The notes beneath the pieces were generated by a model. The model made no database searches. It saw only the letters and a list, made by a program, of their open reading frames with translations, and was not told the DNA's origin. A DNA stretch of 64,000 bases from a virus: positions 1 to 64,000 of the IMG/VR virus record IMGVR_UViG_3300044729_002678. One strand, 5' to 3'. Positions within the stretch are counted from its first letter, which is position 1, and every line of letters starts with the position of its first letter. Of the stretch, positions 47,374 to 57,800 are shown one piece after another. The translations under genes were made by a program, and so were the position numbers.

Positions 47374-48214
47374 CCATAGGTAGGCTTATTTCCCTCCTTT
47401 CCCCAGTTTCATCTGAAATAAATTCATATGTTAAATCTACATCAGGTGTAACTTCATTTATATACTTTCGTAATTCTCGTGAATCTAATGCAAATAATTC
47501 GTTATCTACAAAATGATTTATTTTTTGTTGGTTATATTCCCCATCAACCGATAGAATAACAGTTTTTAAACGGGTTGTCAATTCTTTAGAAACATCATCT
47601 TTTAACTTTTTATTAACCTTTTTCAATTCCTCCAAATCATGTTTTATTTTTCGGTCTTTAGATTCCGTCAAAGCCATAAAGGTAATTTTTCGCTTGGAAT
47701 GAGGTAATAAGAACTCAAACTCATTTTTGTTTAATTCTATTTGAGCAGAACCATCATACTCTTTATTTTGGAATTGTGTTAAATCAATTGATTCTTTTTG
47801 TTTTTTTCCACTAAATGGGTCGGTAATCTCAACTTCATAATCTTTACCATATCCCAAAATACGGCTTGAAATCATTATTGCGTTTTTATCACCAACTGTT
47901 AAATCGGTGTATTTAATGGGTTGTCCTTCCCCGTTGGAAATAATAAGTGATTGAAATAATTTATCCAAAACCGAACCATCTCTAATATAAGATTGTGTTG
48001 TTAAAATATCTTCTTCCTTTGCAGTCATATATTTCAATTCAATTTTACCCGAAGATAGTGGATTATCTTTTGGATAAATCAACCCACGAGATGGTAATTC
48101 TATAATCTCCGTTGGAAAGTTGTATTCTTTTAATTTTTGTGTTTCGTAGGCCTGCTTTATACTTTCTACTACTTCTTTATTACTCTGATATTCATCAGTA
48201 AGATTTTGGCTCAT
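47345..48214 (-). CDS. Tail/baseplate hub assembly chaperone (gp26/gpG-like)
   Basis: IELPSRGL.Y, MTAKEEDIL, GDKNAI..RILGYG, C-terminal FFWP. Confidence 0.75.
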   Translation of the reverse strand: MSQNLTDEYQSNKEVVESIKQAYETQKLKEYNFPTEIIELPSRGLIYPKDNPLSSGKIELKYMTAKEEDILTTQSYIRDGSVLDKLFQSLIISNGEGQPIKYTDLTVGDKNAIMISSRILGYGKDYEVEITDPFSGKKQKESIDLTQFQNKEYDGSAQIELNKNEFEFLLPHSKRKITFMALTESKDRKIKHDLEELKKVNKKLKDDVSKELTTRLKTVILSVDGEYNQQKINHFVDNELFALDSRELRKYINEVTPDVDLTYEFISDETGERREISLPMDVSFFWPST

Positions 48215-48261
48215 AACATTTTCTCCTTTATATATAAATACAAAATTAAGATATTTTTAAT

Positions 48262-48292
48262 ACAAAAAGAAAAACCCCCAAAAAGGGGGTTT
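48262..48292 (-). terminator. Intrinsic terminator after the tail tube gene
   Basis: AAACCCCC-N5-GGGGGTTT stem followed by TTCTTTTT on the minus strand. Confidence 0.8.
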
Positions 48293-48333
48293 AGCATTTT
48301 TCAATTTATATTTTTTACAATCCGAAAAATAAA

Positions 48334-48825
48334 TCAATACTGTAACACGGCGTAATCATAGGATAATCCAAGTTCAACATTTGCTAATTCAGAGTCTGAA
48401 GTATAATCCATATCGGAGAATTTGGCACGAGTGATAAAAGCCCCCTTCAATGTCCATTCTTCAACTTTATCACCAACAGGTCCTAATGCATGGAATGTAA
48501 TTTCTTTTTTATAAAAGTCGGAATAACCATCTCTACCTGTTACAGATTCGTGATGTAAACGAACCCATTCCATTACTGCTTGCGCACCAGATGGAACAAT
48601 CGGGTCATAAAGTGTAATTGTTAATTCTTGCCATTCAGACCTACCTTTTACATATCTTTTAACATTGACATGGTCAATAGTTACTCTATTTTGTTGTAAT
48701 TCAGGTCTATTTGCTGCTTTAATTAAATATGCTGGTACACCCTCAATATACATAATAAATCGGTTAGCAACTTTTGGTTCAAAGTTGGTAAACATTATTT
48801 CTTGTGGTGTTAATAATTGTGCCAT
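48334..48825 (-). CDS. Tail tube protein (T4 gp19-like)
   Basis: FEPK..NRF, W..LTITLYDPI.PS.AQ.VMEW, YKK, EEWTL.GAF, L.YD; directly after the sheath gene. Confidence 0.9.
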   Translation of the reverse strand: MAQLLTPQEIMFTNFEPKVANRFIMYIEGVPAYLIKAANRPELQQNRVTIDHVNVKRYVKGRSEWQELTITLYDPIVPSGAQAVMEWVRLHHESVTGRDGYSDFYKKEITFHALGPVGDKVEEWTLKGAFITRAKFSDMDYTSDSELANVELGLSYDYAVLQY

Positions 48826-48865
48826 TTATTTCTCCTTATTTCCTATAAATATATCTTTTCCTAAA

Positions 48866-51262
48866 TTATCCTTCTGGGAATGCTGCACCAGTTGGTAATA
48901 CAGTAAAGTCTAACACGATGAATTCAGCGGTTTTTGCTGGTTGTAAGAAAATATCACCTTTTAAGATATTTCTATCAATTACATCAGGAGTGTTGTTTGT
49001 ATCATCCATTACAACTCTAAATGCGTACAAACCATTTCTTTGTTGAATTGATTCCAAATAAGGATTAACAATGGATAAGAAACGATTTCGGGTTGCTGCT
49101 GTGTTATTCTCAAACACCAAATATCTTGAAGAAGATGCGATAAACTTCTTAACTGCAATCAACAACCTTCTTACATTAATTCTATCCAAAGCAGATGGTT
49201 TAGCTTGTAGGGTTTTCTGTCCGAATACCGTTGCACCCTGCCCTGGGAATGTTGCGATTGGATTTACTCTACCAACATACAACTCATCTCTTTCATCATG
49301 CGTTAATCTTGTCTTAACTTCAATTACATTTGATAAACCACCCCTATTTAATCCAGCAGGTGCGTACCATTCAGCTGCGACTTGGTCGTTGAATGCTATA
49401 ACACCAGGTAAAACTACCGAAGGTGGGACCCAGACAGGTTTATTTTTATCAGTATCCAATATTTTAACCCACGGATGATAAGTTGCTACATAATTAGAAT
49501 CGAATGATGCCAAATCATTAACAACCGTCGAAATACTATCACTATAAGCCCCTGCATCCATTATATAGAATGTATCACCTCTATCTTCGCAAAGGTCTTT
49601 TGCGTAAGTGGTTACTGAAGAATGTAATCTATTGATAATACCTGGAAGAACCAACATATTCATATCAAATTCATCAGGATTTGATACCGCATTAATTGCT
49701 TTTCTCAATGCAGTAGTTCCTGCTGCCGTTGCGGATGAACAATCCAATCCCTGTGTATTTCCTGCTGAAATGCTACTACCAACCTCTATTTTTCTATTTG
49801 GTGCAAATCCATCAAAGCCACCTTGGAATGGGACCATAAATCTTCTTGCATCCAATGCTGCGGTTGATGCTCCAACGCTTAATGTTATAGGAGTACCATT
49901 TGATTCACAAGTAGCCAAATCAAAATCAGAGCCGGCTGTAGTTAAACCGGTTTTAGGAAGAGGATTTAAGAAATTTAAGTTATCAGTAGTTACAAAATCA
50001 TAAGAATAACCTAAAAATACTCTTTTGTTATACGAACCATCCAAAGATTGACTTACCACATAAGTTGGTGATGGAACGGTGTATGTATTTGGAATTGGTG
50101 AATTTAATGCCCCAAATCCAAATGGAACTAATGATACATCATTTGCAAGCGCATCCACATCGGTATCTACCTCAACTCTAACATAAACTGAATTGTTTGC
50201 GTAATCACCATTTGTGGATAGTTTTCCATTATCGTCTACAGTAATATATTTATCCCCAATAACCCGTTTGATATAATTTGGTGAGTTAGGGTCAAGATTT
50301 AAGTTTGAGAATTGTTCAACAATATTTGGACGAGAATCCGTATCTTGTACACCCTGCCCAAAAATTGAATAAGGGATTTTAGATGTATCTACCCTTCTAA
50401 TTACAACATCAAATGAACCATAATCCGTACCAGGAACATCACCCGATGCTTTAATGTTGGTAATACCAACCTTTAATTCATAGTTTGTTGAATTACCATG
50501 TGATAATGTATGAAACTTAAATAAGTTTTTGGCAACACCACCAATCTTTTGAGATTTAATCCAAGGGGTGGATGCTACTGAATATTGATTCGTAAAATCA
50601 AATAGTGTAAATGAACCTGTCTGAACCGTTACAGTCTGACCTGTTGTTGCAAATGATTCTGATTGGAATGTATTAAAGTTTAAGTAAGTATATGCTGTCT
50701 TTGAACTTTTTGGTAAATAACCATAAGTTTTTGTAAAATAATTGGCGTTACTTGGATTCATTGAAGCAGTAACACTTGTCGAAGAAACACTACTACCAGA
50801 TAAAGTTAATACAAACGATGATGCGGTTATACCACCAGTCGCACCATTTGTATTGGTAACTCTTGAAGAATCAAATATATCCGATGGAGTTGAAGTATTT
50901 GAAAGTGAGCCTGAAATAGTAGGATACAATACTGCTGCTACCCTATTCCCAGCCGAAGATGAAATTGTTAAAACCAACGGGTCGCCAAATGAATACCCTT
51001 CTGTTCCCAATACCCTAACAATAGTTGCGTTTGGGGCGTCTTGTAAATAAGCTTGAGCAGTATAAGGAAGATAAGAATCTTCAGTTAAACCGCCAAACTT
51101 TTGTTGGAATTCATTAAATGATTGTACTTGCGTTGGGACAAATGCAGGTCCTTTGATGGTTTGTCCAATAAGGACACCACCTATTTCTGCTACACCTTGT
51201 GGTAAAAATGATAAGTCACGCTCTCGGGTGAAAACGCCAGGACTAACAATTCTTTCAGCCAT
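48866..51262 (-). CDS. Tail sheath protein (T4 gp18-like)
   Basis: SPGVFTRERD, GPAFVP, WYAPAGLNRG, NPI, GQKTLQ..SALDRINVRRL, FENN, EFI.LDF. Confidence 0.96.
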   Translation of the reverse strand: MAERIVSPGVFTRERDLSFLPQGVAEIGGVLIGQTIKGPAFVPTQVQSFNEFQQKFGGLTEDSYLPYTAQAYLQDAPNATIVRVLGTEGYSFGDPLVLTISSSAGNRVAAVLYPTISGSLSNTSTPSDIFDSSRVTNTNGATGGITASSFVLTLSGSSVSSTSVTASMNPSNANYFTKTYGYLPKSSKTAYTYLNFNTFQSESFATTGQTVTVQTGSFTLFDFTNQYSVASTPWIKSQKIGGVAKNLFKFHTLSHGNSTNYELKVGITNIKASGDVPGTDYGSFDVVIRRVDTSKIPYSIFGQGVQDTDSRPNIVEQFSNLNLDPNSPNYIKRVIGDKYITVDDNGKLSTNGDYANNSVYVRVEVDTDVDALANDVSLVPFGFGALNSPIPNTYTVPSPTYVVSQSLDGSYNKRVFLGYSYDFVTTDNLNFLNPLPKTGLTTAGSDFDLATCESNGTPITLSVGASTAALDARRFMVPFQGGFDGFAPNRKIEVGSSISAGNTQGLDCSSATAAGTTALRKAINAVSNPDEFDMNMLVLPGIINRLHSSVTTYAKDLCEDRGDTFYIMDAGAYSDSISTVVNDLASFDSNYVATYHPWVKILDTDKNKPVWVPPSVVLPGVIAFNDQVAAEWYAPAGLNRGGLSNVIEVKTRLTHDERDELYVGRVNPIATFPGQGATVFGQKTLQAKPSALDRINVRRLLIAVKKFIASSSRYLVFENNTAATRNRFLSIVNPYLESIQQRNGLYAFRVVMDDTNNTPDVIDRNILKGDIFLQPAKTAEFIVLDFTVLPTGAAFPEG

Positions 51263-51325
51263 TATATTCTCCTAATAGTTTTTGTTTCTATATAATAAAT
51301 ACAAAAAAATTAGGGAAACCTATAT

Positions 51326-51607
51326 TTATTGAGCCGATGTAAAGGTATTTGTATCAATATCGTATGAACCCACTCCATATTTTTGAGTAAGTTCTTTTCC
51401 AAACTCATTTTGGGTTTGAGCGAGTTCTTTATAATTTTTAATTAATTCTTCCTTTTCGGCTCGCAAACTTGCGAAAATTTCCTCTAATTCTTTGGATTGT
51501 ATTTCTATTTCTCCAAGTCTTGCCGTAACTGCCAAGTTTTTTTGACGAAATTCTAAAAGTCGTTCTCTTTCAGTATCTTCAAATTGCTTTACTACTTTTT
51601 CTTCCAT
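51326..51607 (-). CDS. Small coiled-coil hypothetical protein
   Basis: Heptad pattern, LG.IE..KYG.G..D..T.TF ending. Confidence 0.6.
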   Translation of the reverse strand: MEEKVVKQFEDTERERLLEFRQKNLAVTARLGEIEIQSKELEEIFASLRAEKEELIKNYKELAQTQNEFGKELTQKYGVGSYDIDTNTFTSAQ

Positions 51608-51651
51608 AGATTTTGTTTTTTATATTGTTTATTAATAAATATTGAAAAAAG

Positions 51652-52488
51652 TTATTTAAAATCAGTTTCTTCGTTTAATCCACCACTTAATTTTGGACTT
51701 TCATTAAAAATTATTTTTCCAACTGAATATATTTTTTTATTGTTTGGTATCATCCCCGCATATTCGGGTATAATATAGGCTTTTGTAACCAAAGTAATAC
51801 TTGCTCTTACAATTCTATCATCATTTATATCTTGTATCGTTTCAAAGTTATAACTATCACCTTTTACCTGAAACTTAAACCTATCACCAAAAGACCTTCC
51901 TTGAAAGAAAATAATTTGTTCAACTACTTTGTTTAATTGTTCCATATAATCACACCAAACCGTCATTTCATACGAAACATCTAAATAATCAGGTCTTTCT
52001 ACTGCTATATATTCTTTTACAGGTTTTTGCCCCGTCAATAATGAAAATTGGTCATATCTATTAGCTTTTGTATATTTCCGTTCAAATGCTTGATGCGCAT
52101 CTTCGGAGTTTAATACTTTTAACTTTGCTGCATTTTGATTTGTGGATAACCCCGTTCTTTTAAATACAATAATTGGTGTTTGTATTTTACCATTTGTATC
52201 CCGTATAAAAGAATCTTTTTGAGCCGATGACCATTTTTCAGGATTTGCATAAATAACAGGCACACTAATTATTTGCCCATCATCTTCTATAAAAGGTTTT
52301 ACATTATTGACTAAAAAATCCCTAAAAGCAAGGTCAATATCATAAATACCTACTGATATATTTTTTGTTTTATCATCATCCCTCCGAACCTGTTTTGCTT
52401 TGTTCAACTTCGGGTTTTCCGATGTTGATGACATAGTCTGCTTTAAATCAGGCTTTTCTGAGTTTATATTTCTATATGTGTTAGGCAT
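51652..52488 (-). CDS. Tail terminator / sheath stabiliser (gp15-like)
   Basis: VPVIYA.PEKW, P.I.F.RT, P.Y....YE..VW..Y.EQLN..VEQI; canonical position. Confidence 0.7.
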   Translation of the reverse strand: MPNTYRNINSEKPDLKQTMSSTSENPKLNKAKQVRRDDDKTKNISVGIYDIDLAFRDFLVNNVKPFIEDDGQIISVPVIYANPEKWSSAQKDSFIRDTNGKIQTPIIVFKRTGLSTNQNAAKLKVLNSEDAHQAFERKYTKANRYDQFSLLTGQKPVKEYIAVERPDYLDVSYEMTVWCDYMEQLNKVVEQIIFFQGRSFGDRFKFQVKGDSYNFETIQDINDDRIVRASITLVTKAYIIPEYAGMIPNNKKIYSVGKIIFNESPKLSGGLNEETDFK

Positions 52489-52491
52489 TTA

Positions 52492-53022
52492 TTATATTCC
52501 TATTGGTAAATAGTTATCATTTTTGTTAGAATTCCCAAAGCGAACATCAACCAACTTAATAGATGATTGTTTTGTTACATGCGCAAGACATGAAATAGAA
52601 AGTGATGTTCCATGTCCATCTCCACCATCCCAAGTTTCGGGATTTTTACCTACAAATAATCGGTTTTCATTTATATTATCAACTAAATAATATTCATTAT
52701 CCCAATATATTATATCACCTACATCCGGCTTTACATCTTTATCATCTTTTAAAGTATCTCTTAAAAAGTTAAATGTTGCTGTATGCACATAAGATTGTCC
52801 AAAATCATCTGAAACTGCTTCTGTATCTTGTCTATCAATTAAGCAAGGGATTTTGACTGGATTATAAAAATATTTATCTTTACTTTCCCCATAAAGATTA
52901 ACCAATGATTCATCCAATACAGGTTTGTAATAATAGACTTCCGTATCAATTATTTCATTGATAAGTTCTTTGTTTAATCTTCTAATTAAACTAACATCTC
53001 TTGCCGAACCAAATAGTGCCAT
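52492..53022 (-). CDS. Neck / head-closure protein (gp14-like)
   Basis: ELI..V.YY..NLYGE..P.VGDII.W..YY; lies between the gp13- and gp15-like genes. Confidence 0.7.
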   Translation of the reverse strand: MALFGSARDVSLIRRLNKELINEIIDTEVYYYKPVLDESLVNLYGESKDKYFYNPVKIPCLIDRQDTEAVSDDFGQSYVHTATFNFLRDTLKDDKDVKPDVGDIIYWDNEYYLVDNINENRLFVGKNPETWDGGDGHGTSLSISCLAHVTKQSSIKLVDVRFGNSNKNDNYLPIGI

Positions 53023-53027
53023 AAATA

Positions 53028-54191
53028 TTACCCTATGTAAATTGGCATTGGAACACGATTGAGGGTTGATTCTAAAAATTCGGTTTCATCCTTCTTTGCT
53101 TCCAAAAGCGCCCTTTTACTTGTTGCTTCCAACATCTCTTTTAATTGTGTTACTAATTGCTCTCTTTCAGTTGCAGATTGATTCCTTAAATCAGAACCAT
53201 CCAAAGTAACTTCTGCGCCAGGTATTGGAATTGAACTAAATTTAGACCTGACCATACCCAATGAATCTTTTACCAAAGCCAATGTGTATTTAAAAATCCA
53301 TTGTCTACCATGCGCACTTATATCACAATAATCCAATCTACCAAATGGGCTATTTGAAAAATCAGATACTACACCCGATTTTGCTATTGGATTATTTCTT
53401 TCAGAATCAAGTGTGTATTCAAAATGAACTTTTGTTCTATGATAAGTATCGCTTGGGAATGGAAATACACGAATCCGTTTTCCATACATCTTAAATCCAA
53501 ATTGGGATTTTCTAATCATATCATTAAACTCAATTGCCTGCAATCTAAGTAGGTCATCATACATAGGCTGCATTAAAAATGAAACACCAGGTGAGTAATT
53601 TCCCCAACCAAAAGTTTCTAACATTTGTTGCGAACCAAGACCCGTTCCAATAAATGGGTCAAAATACCTAACAATGGCAGGTGGATTTTCATGATACAAT
53701 TTACGAATTGTAATTGAATCGGTTGATAAATTACCTGCCTCTAAACTTACAATAGTACTATCTGATAAATCATAAATTTGCTTTCCACTAACTAACTCAA
53801 AAGAACCAGTGTAATGGGTCAATGTTCCGCCGGATTTTGCTTCAGTTCCATAATCTGCGGCAATGTTTATTATTCCACTAAAATTATTATTTATTAATTT
53901 CCCATTTAAATTATTGGTCAATAAAGAACCCTGTAAACTTAATAGGTTTTCCTTTGTCCTATATTGATTTAATTGTGATGAAAATTCATCTGTTGCTTCC
54001 TCAAAGCAGGCGTAAAAATCTATATCTTGTAGTTCTATATCTACAACAGGATAACCCAATCTACGAGCGCACCATGTTATTACCGAATCAGCATCTGTCT
54101 GAAAATCGTAATCATTATCGAACCACCCAAATGGTGTTTTGCCGGGAAAGAATGATGATGAACCAGGATATATTGCGATATTTACTGCCAT
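53028..54191 (-). CDS. Neck / head-tail adaptor protein (gp13-like)
   Basis: RRLGYPVVDIEL, WI.KYTLAL.K..LG..R.KF..IP.PG..VTLDG, PMPIYIG. Confidence 0.85.
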   Translation of the reverse strand: MAVNIAIYPGSSSFFPGKTPFGWFDNDYDFQTDADSVITWCARRLGYPVVDIELQDIDFYACFEEATDEFSSQLNQYRTKENLLSLQGSLLTNNLNGKLINNNFSGIINIAADYGTEAKSGGTLTHYTGSFELVSGKQIYDLSDSTIVSLEAGNLSTDSITIRKLYHENPPAIVRYFDPFIGTGLGSQQMLETFGWGNYSPGVSFLMQPMYDDLLRLQAIEFNDMIRKSQFGFKMYGKRIRVFPFPSDTYHRTKVHFEYTLDSERNNPIAKSGVVSDFSNSPFGRLDYCDISAHGRQWIFKYTLALVKDSLGMVRSKFSSIPIPGAEVTLDGSDLRNQSATEREQLVTQLKEMLEATSKRALLEAKKDETEFLESTLNRVPMPIYIG

Positions 54192-54208
54192 TTTGTGTTA
54201 CCTATGTT

Positions 54209-54601
54209 TTATTCACCAAGTATATCGGTTGGTGTGGTTTCTTCACTATTATCTTCTTCAACAATAGTTTCTTCGGTTTCAGTTGTTACTTCTTCAACAA
54301 CAGGCTTAACATAATGTTCAAATGTTGAAAACTCATTTACTTCATTTGCAGATTTTAAATGGTTTATAACATAATTCTCCAAAGCATTCAATAATTGGTC
54401 ATGCCCATTTGTTATAGAATTATCATAAACAAGTTCCGATTTATCAATAGATTGATACGCAACAGTTCCATTATTATCAATATGAACATCGAGCGCAATT
54501 CCGCCTGGATATACCAAATGTGGAACAAGTGTTAAAATTGGTGATTGGTGAATTAAACCAGTTGTTGGGTTTTGAAAAAATCCTGTTACTTTAATTGCCA
54601 T
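54209..54601 (-). CDS. Hypothetical virion-module protein
   Basis: AGGAGA ribosome-binding site and TATTTATA upstream; acidic tail. Confidence 0.65.
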   Translation of the reverse strand: MAIKVTGFFQNPTTGLIHQSPILTLVPHLVYPGGIALDVHIDNNGTVAYQSIDKSELVYDNSITNGHDQLLNALENYVINHLKSANEVNEFSTFEHYVKPVVEEVTTETEETIVEEDNSEETTPTDILGE

Positions 54602-54633
54602 ATATACTTTCTCCTATTTTATATAAATAGTTT

Positions 54634-54804
54634 TTATTTTTGTTTATTACCCCGCTTTTCCAATTTCTCCATCACTTCTGTATGTGTTAATAGTTTACCA
54701 CTTTGAGATGCCATTTGTTGAAATTCTTCCATAGTAATTTGAATAATGGGTTTACCACTATCTTTGATATGTTGGAGGAGTTGAGGTGTTGGTTTAAGGA
54801 ACAT
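54634..54804 (-). CDS. Small hypothetical protein (56 aa)
   Basis: Hand translation MFLKPTPQLLQHIKDSGKPIIQITMEEF...; begins right after the fibre-gene stop. Confidence 0.5.
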   Translation of the reverse strand: MFLKPTPQLLQHIKDSGKPIIQITMEEFQQMASQSGKLLTHTEVMEKLEKRGNKQK

Positions 54805-54805
54805 A

Positions 54806-57800
54806 TTAGACTCCCTTAATATAACAGGGAATTAAAACAATATCCCCACCTGCAGCTCCTAATTTTATTTCTATCCAATAATCCGGTTCTGTAAGATATT
54901 TACTTGTATTACCCGATTGTCCTATCGCAGTATCTGGCGTTCCGTTTTGTTCTGTTGGGGAGGCTGAAAATTGAGTAGCATCAATTCTAATATATTTACT
55001 ACTTGCTGGGTCGGATGATAAATGTATCCATTCTGATGCAGTTCCTGTTTGAATTCCAACATTATCCCCTGCTACTATTTTAGTATTACTACTTCTAACA
55101 ATTTCAAATAATTGAGAAGGAGTGTTTGTTCCAATACCCACTCTACCACTACCCGTAACAAATAGGGTATTTGCTAAGGTAGGTGAACCCACATGAAGTA
55201 ATCCATCTACTGCTGCTCCACTAACATATAATCGGGCTGATGGATTAGTTAGGCCTATACCCACATTTCCACTTGAACTAATGTGCATTCTAACTGTACC
55301 ATTTGTCTCAAATTGTAGGTTTTGATTATCATTTGTACCTAAAAGAGCAGTTGCACCAAATGAATTACCATTTTGGAGGAAAGCACCGTTTAAGAATGAA
55401 GCCGTTAGTGCATTTGTTGCCCAACTTGATGTTATATTATAAGTACCTGTTGGTAAGAATGATGCGGTTTGAGCGTTTTGGGCCCAAGAGGATGTTCCAA
55501 ATAAAGAGCCTGTAAATGAAGTTGCGGTTACACCACCTGCTACTTCTAAACGATTTGTAGGGGAACTTGTTCCAATACCAACATTACCACTACCACTTGC
55601 TAACACCATTATGTCAGTCCAAGTAATATTATTACCAGTAGTTCCTGCTCCAGCATATCTAAATCTCATTTGGTTATTACCACCCATATCTATTGCCCAG
55701 GCAGTATCATTACCTGCATATCTCCAAGCTGCTGATTGAGATGGAATTGCATTATACATTATTTGGGGATATGCGGTTGCTGAAGCACCAACATAAATTC
55801 TTCCAGGTAAAATAGCATGAACACCATTAAAGCTACTTCCGGCTGCATCTAATGAAGAACTTCCGTTGCTTACTGTCGATATCTGTAATTTTGCTGTTGG
55901 GGTTGTTGTACCTATACCCACATTACCACTTGAACTAACATAAAGATGTGATGTATTGAATGCTGATGTGCCATCATTTAATATGGTTAAAGATGCTGAT
56001 GCGTTACTGTTTTCTACCCTTAATGCGGTTGTTGCAGAAGTTGCCCCACTGCCTTTTATTTCTAGTTTTGCAGATGGTGAGCTTTCTCCGATTCCTACAA
56101 AGCCAGTAGAACCTACAATTCTCATTATTTCGGGTTGTGTTATTGCTCCGGCATAAAATGATAAATCATTTGTTCCAAAAACACCACCAGCATCTGATAA
56201 CATATACGCTGAGGTGTGTCCAAAACTTGAGCTTGGAACTCCTGCTCCCGTATTGCTGTATCGTATGAAGGGACTAAAACTACCTAAATTATTACCGCCA
56301 ATTGCAAATCCTGAATTGATATTTACATTACCGCCCGCAACAGTTAGGGTTGATAATGGGGTTGTTGTTCCTAACCCCAGTCTACTATTGCTTTCATCTA
56401 AATAAACAAGCGAAGATGTAACAGGCTGTCCATTACTCCTTCCTACCATTACTCTACCAATTTCCCAATTGGGTAAATCATTAAACCAATTCGGTCCTTG
56501 AATTACAGTAGAACCATTTGATGCGTTTACTTTTTCTACATTTCCTATTTTTTGAATAAAAGCAGAACCAGTTGGTTTTATATTTGTATAACCCCCACCA
56601 ACAGCAATATAAACATTATCACCGGAATTAAAAGCTGATGTATCTAAGTTACTTATATACCCAGATAAGTAAATATTTCCTTCACTTCCTGCTGTTATTT
56701 GTTCTCCCGCAACACCACCAGCTGGCATCCTATTGGGATTTGAAGCATCTGCGGGTAAAATACCTACTATGTTACCCGATGTGCCTGAACTTGTAAAGTA
56801 TAAGGGTGTTCCTTTTTGGATTGTAGAAACTCCGACATTTTTACCAGTTATAATAACATTTTCTGCAAAATTATCTCTCCACTCCACACCCGTAGATGTT
56901 GTGAATAAAATTTGGTCAGCTGTCCCCGCAGTTCCTAAATTATCGTATAACGGCCCTTTTAGTGAAAGAGAACCTGTTGTATTGATACTACCCGTAAATG
57001 TATGGGTATCATCTAAGCTATTACCAAATTGAGTTGAGCCTGATTGATATATAATACTTGCCGAAACAAATTCGGTATGAAACTCTTCCGCGGTTATTCT
57101 TCCCGTTACTATTACATTTCCATCAACATATAATTTTTCGGTTGGGTTTGATGTACCTATTCCTACATTCCCTGTGCTTGTGATGCGCATGCGTTCAGTA
57201 ACTGTTGAACTAGGATAGTTGTAAAATATAAAATCACTTGTTGCGTATAAAATAGTCGAGCCCCCTTGAAATACTGAACCAATTTGGGCGTTGTTAGATG
57301 TGTCAAATTTTAATAAAGCTAAACTTGAACCCCCTGTATTTTTGCTAAGGAAACTTCTGTTATTTTCGATTAATATATCACCGTCAATAACATGCAACTT
57401 AGCACTTGGTGAAGTTGTTCCTATACCTACATTACCACTTGCACTTATAAAGAAATATTCAGCACCTGTAGTACTTTGTACTCTCATTAGATTGTCGGTA
57501 GCAACAGTTCCACTTATGTGTAATGATGCGGTTGGAAACCTCGTTCCAATTCCCATTCTTGCAGAACCTACCGTTGTTCCTACTGAGTCAATTGTTACAA
57601 CGGCATCTGTAAGTGCGGTTGCTGATGTAGAACTATTATTATTTAATAAAAAGTGTATTTTACCACTTGCGTTTGTGCCCCCACCGTGGGTTTCCGTGCG
57701 CTCAAAAACAAGTGCGGATTTTCTATATGAAGTATTGGCTTGTTCTACATAACCAAATGATATTCCTGAAAAACTATTATTGGAAAATTGGGCTCCAAAA

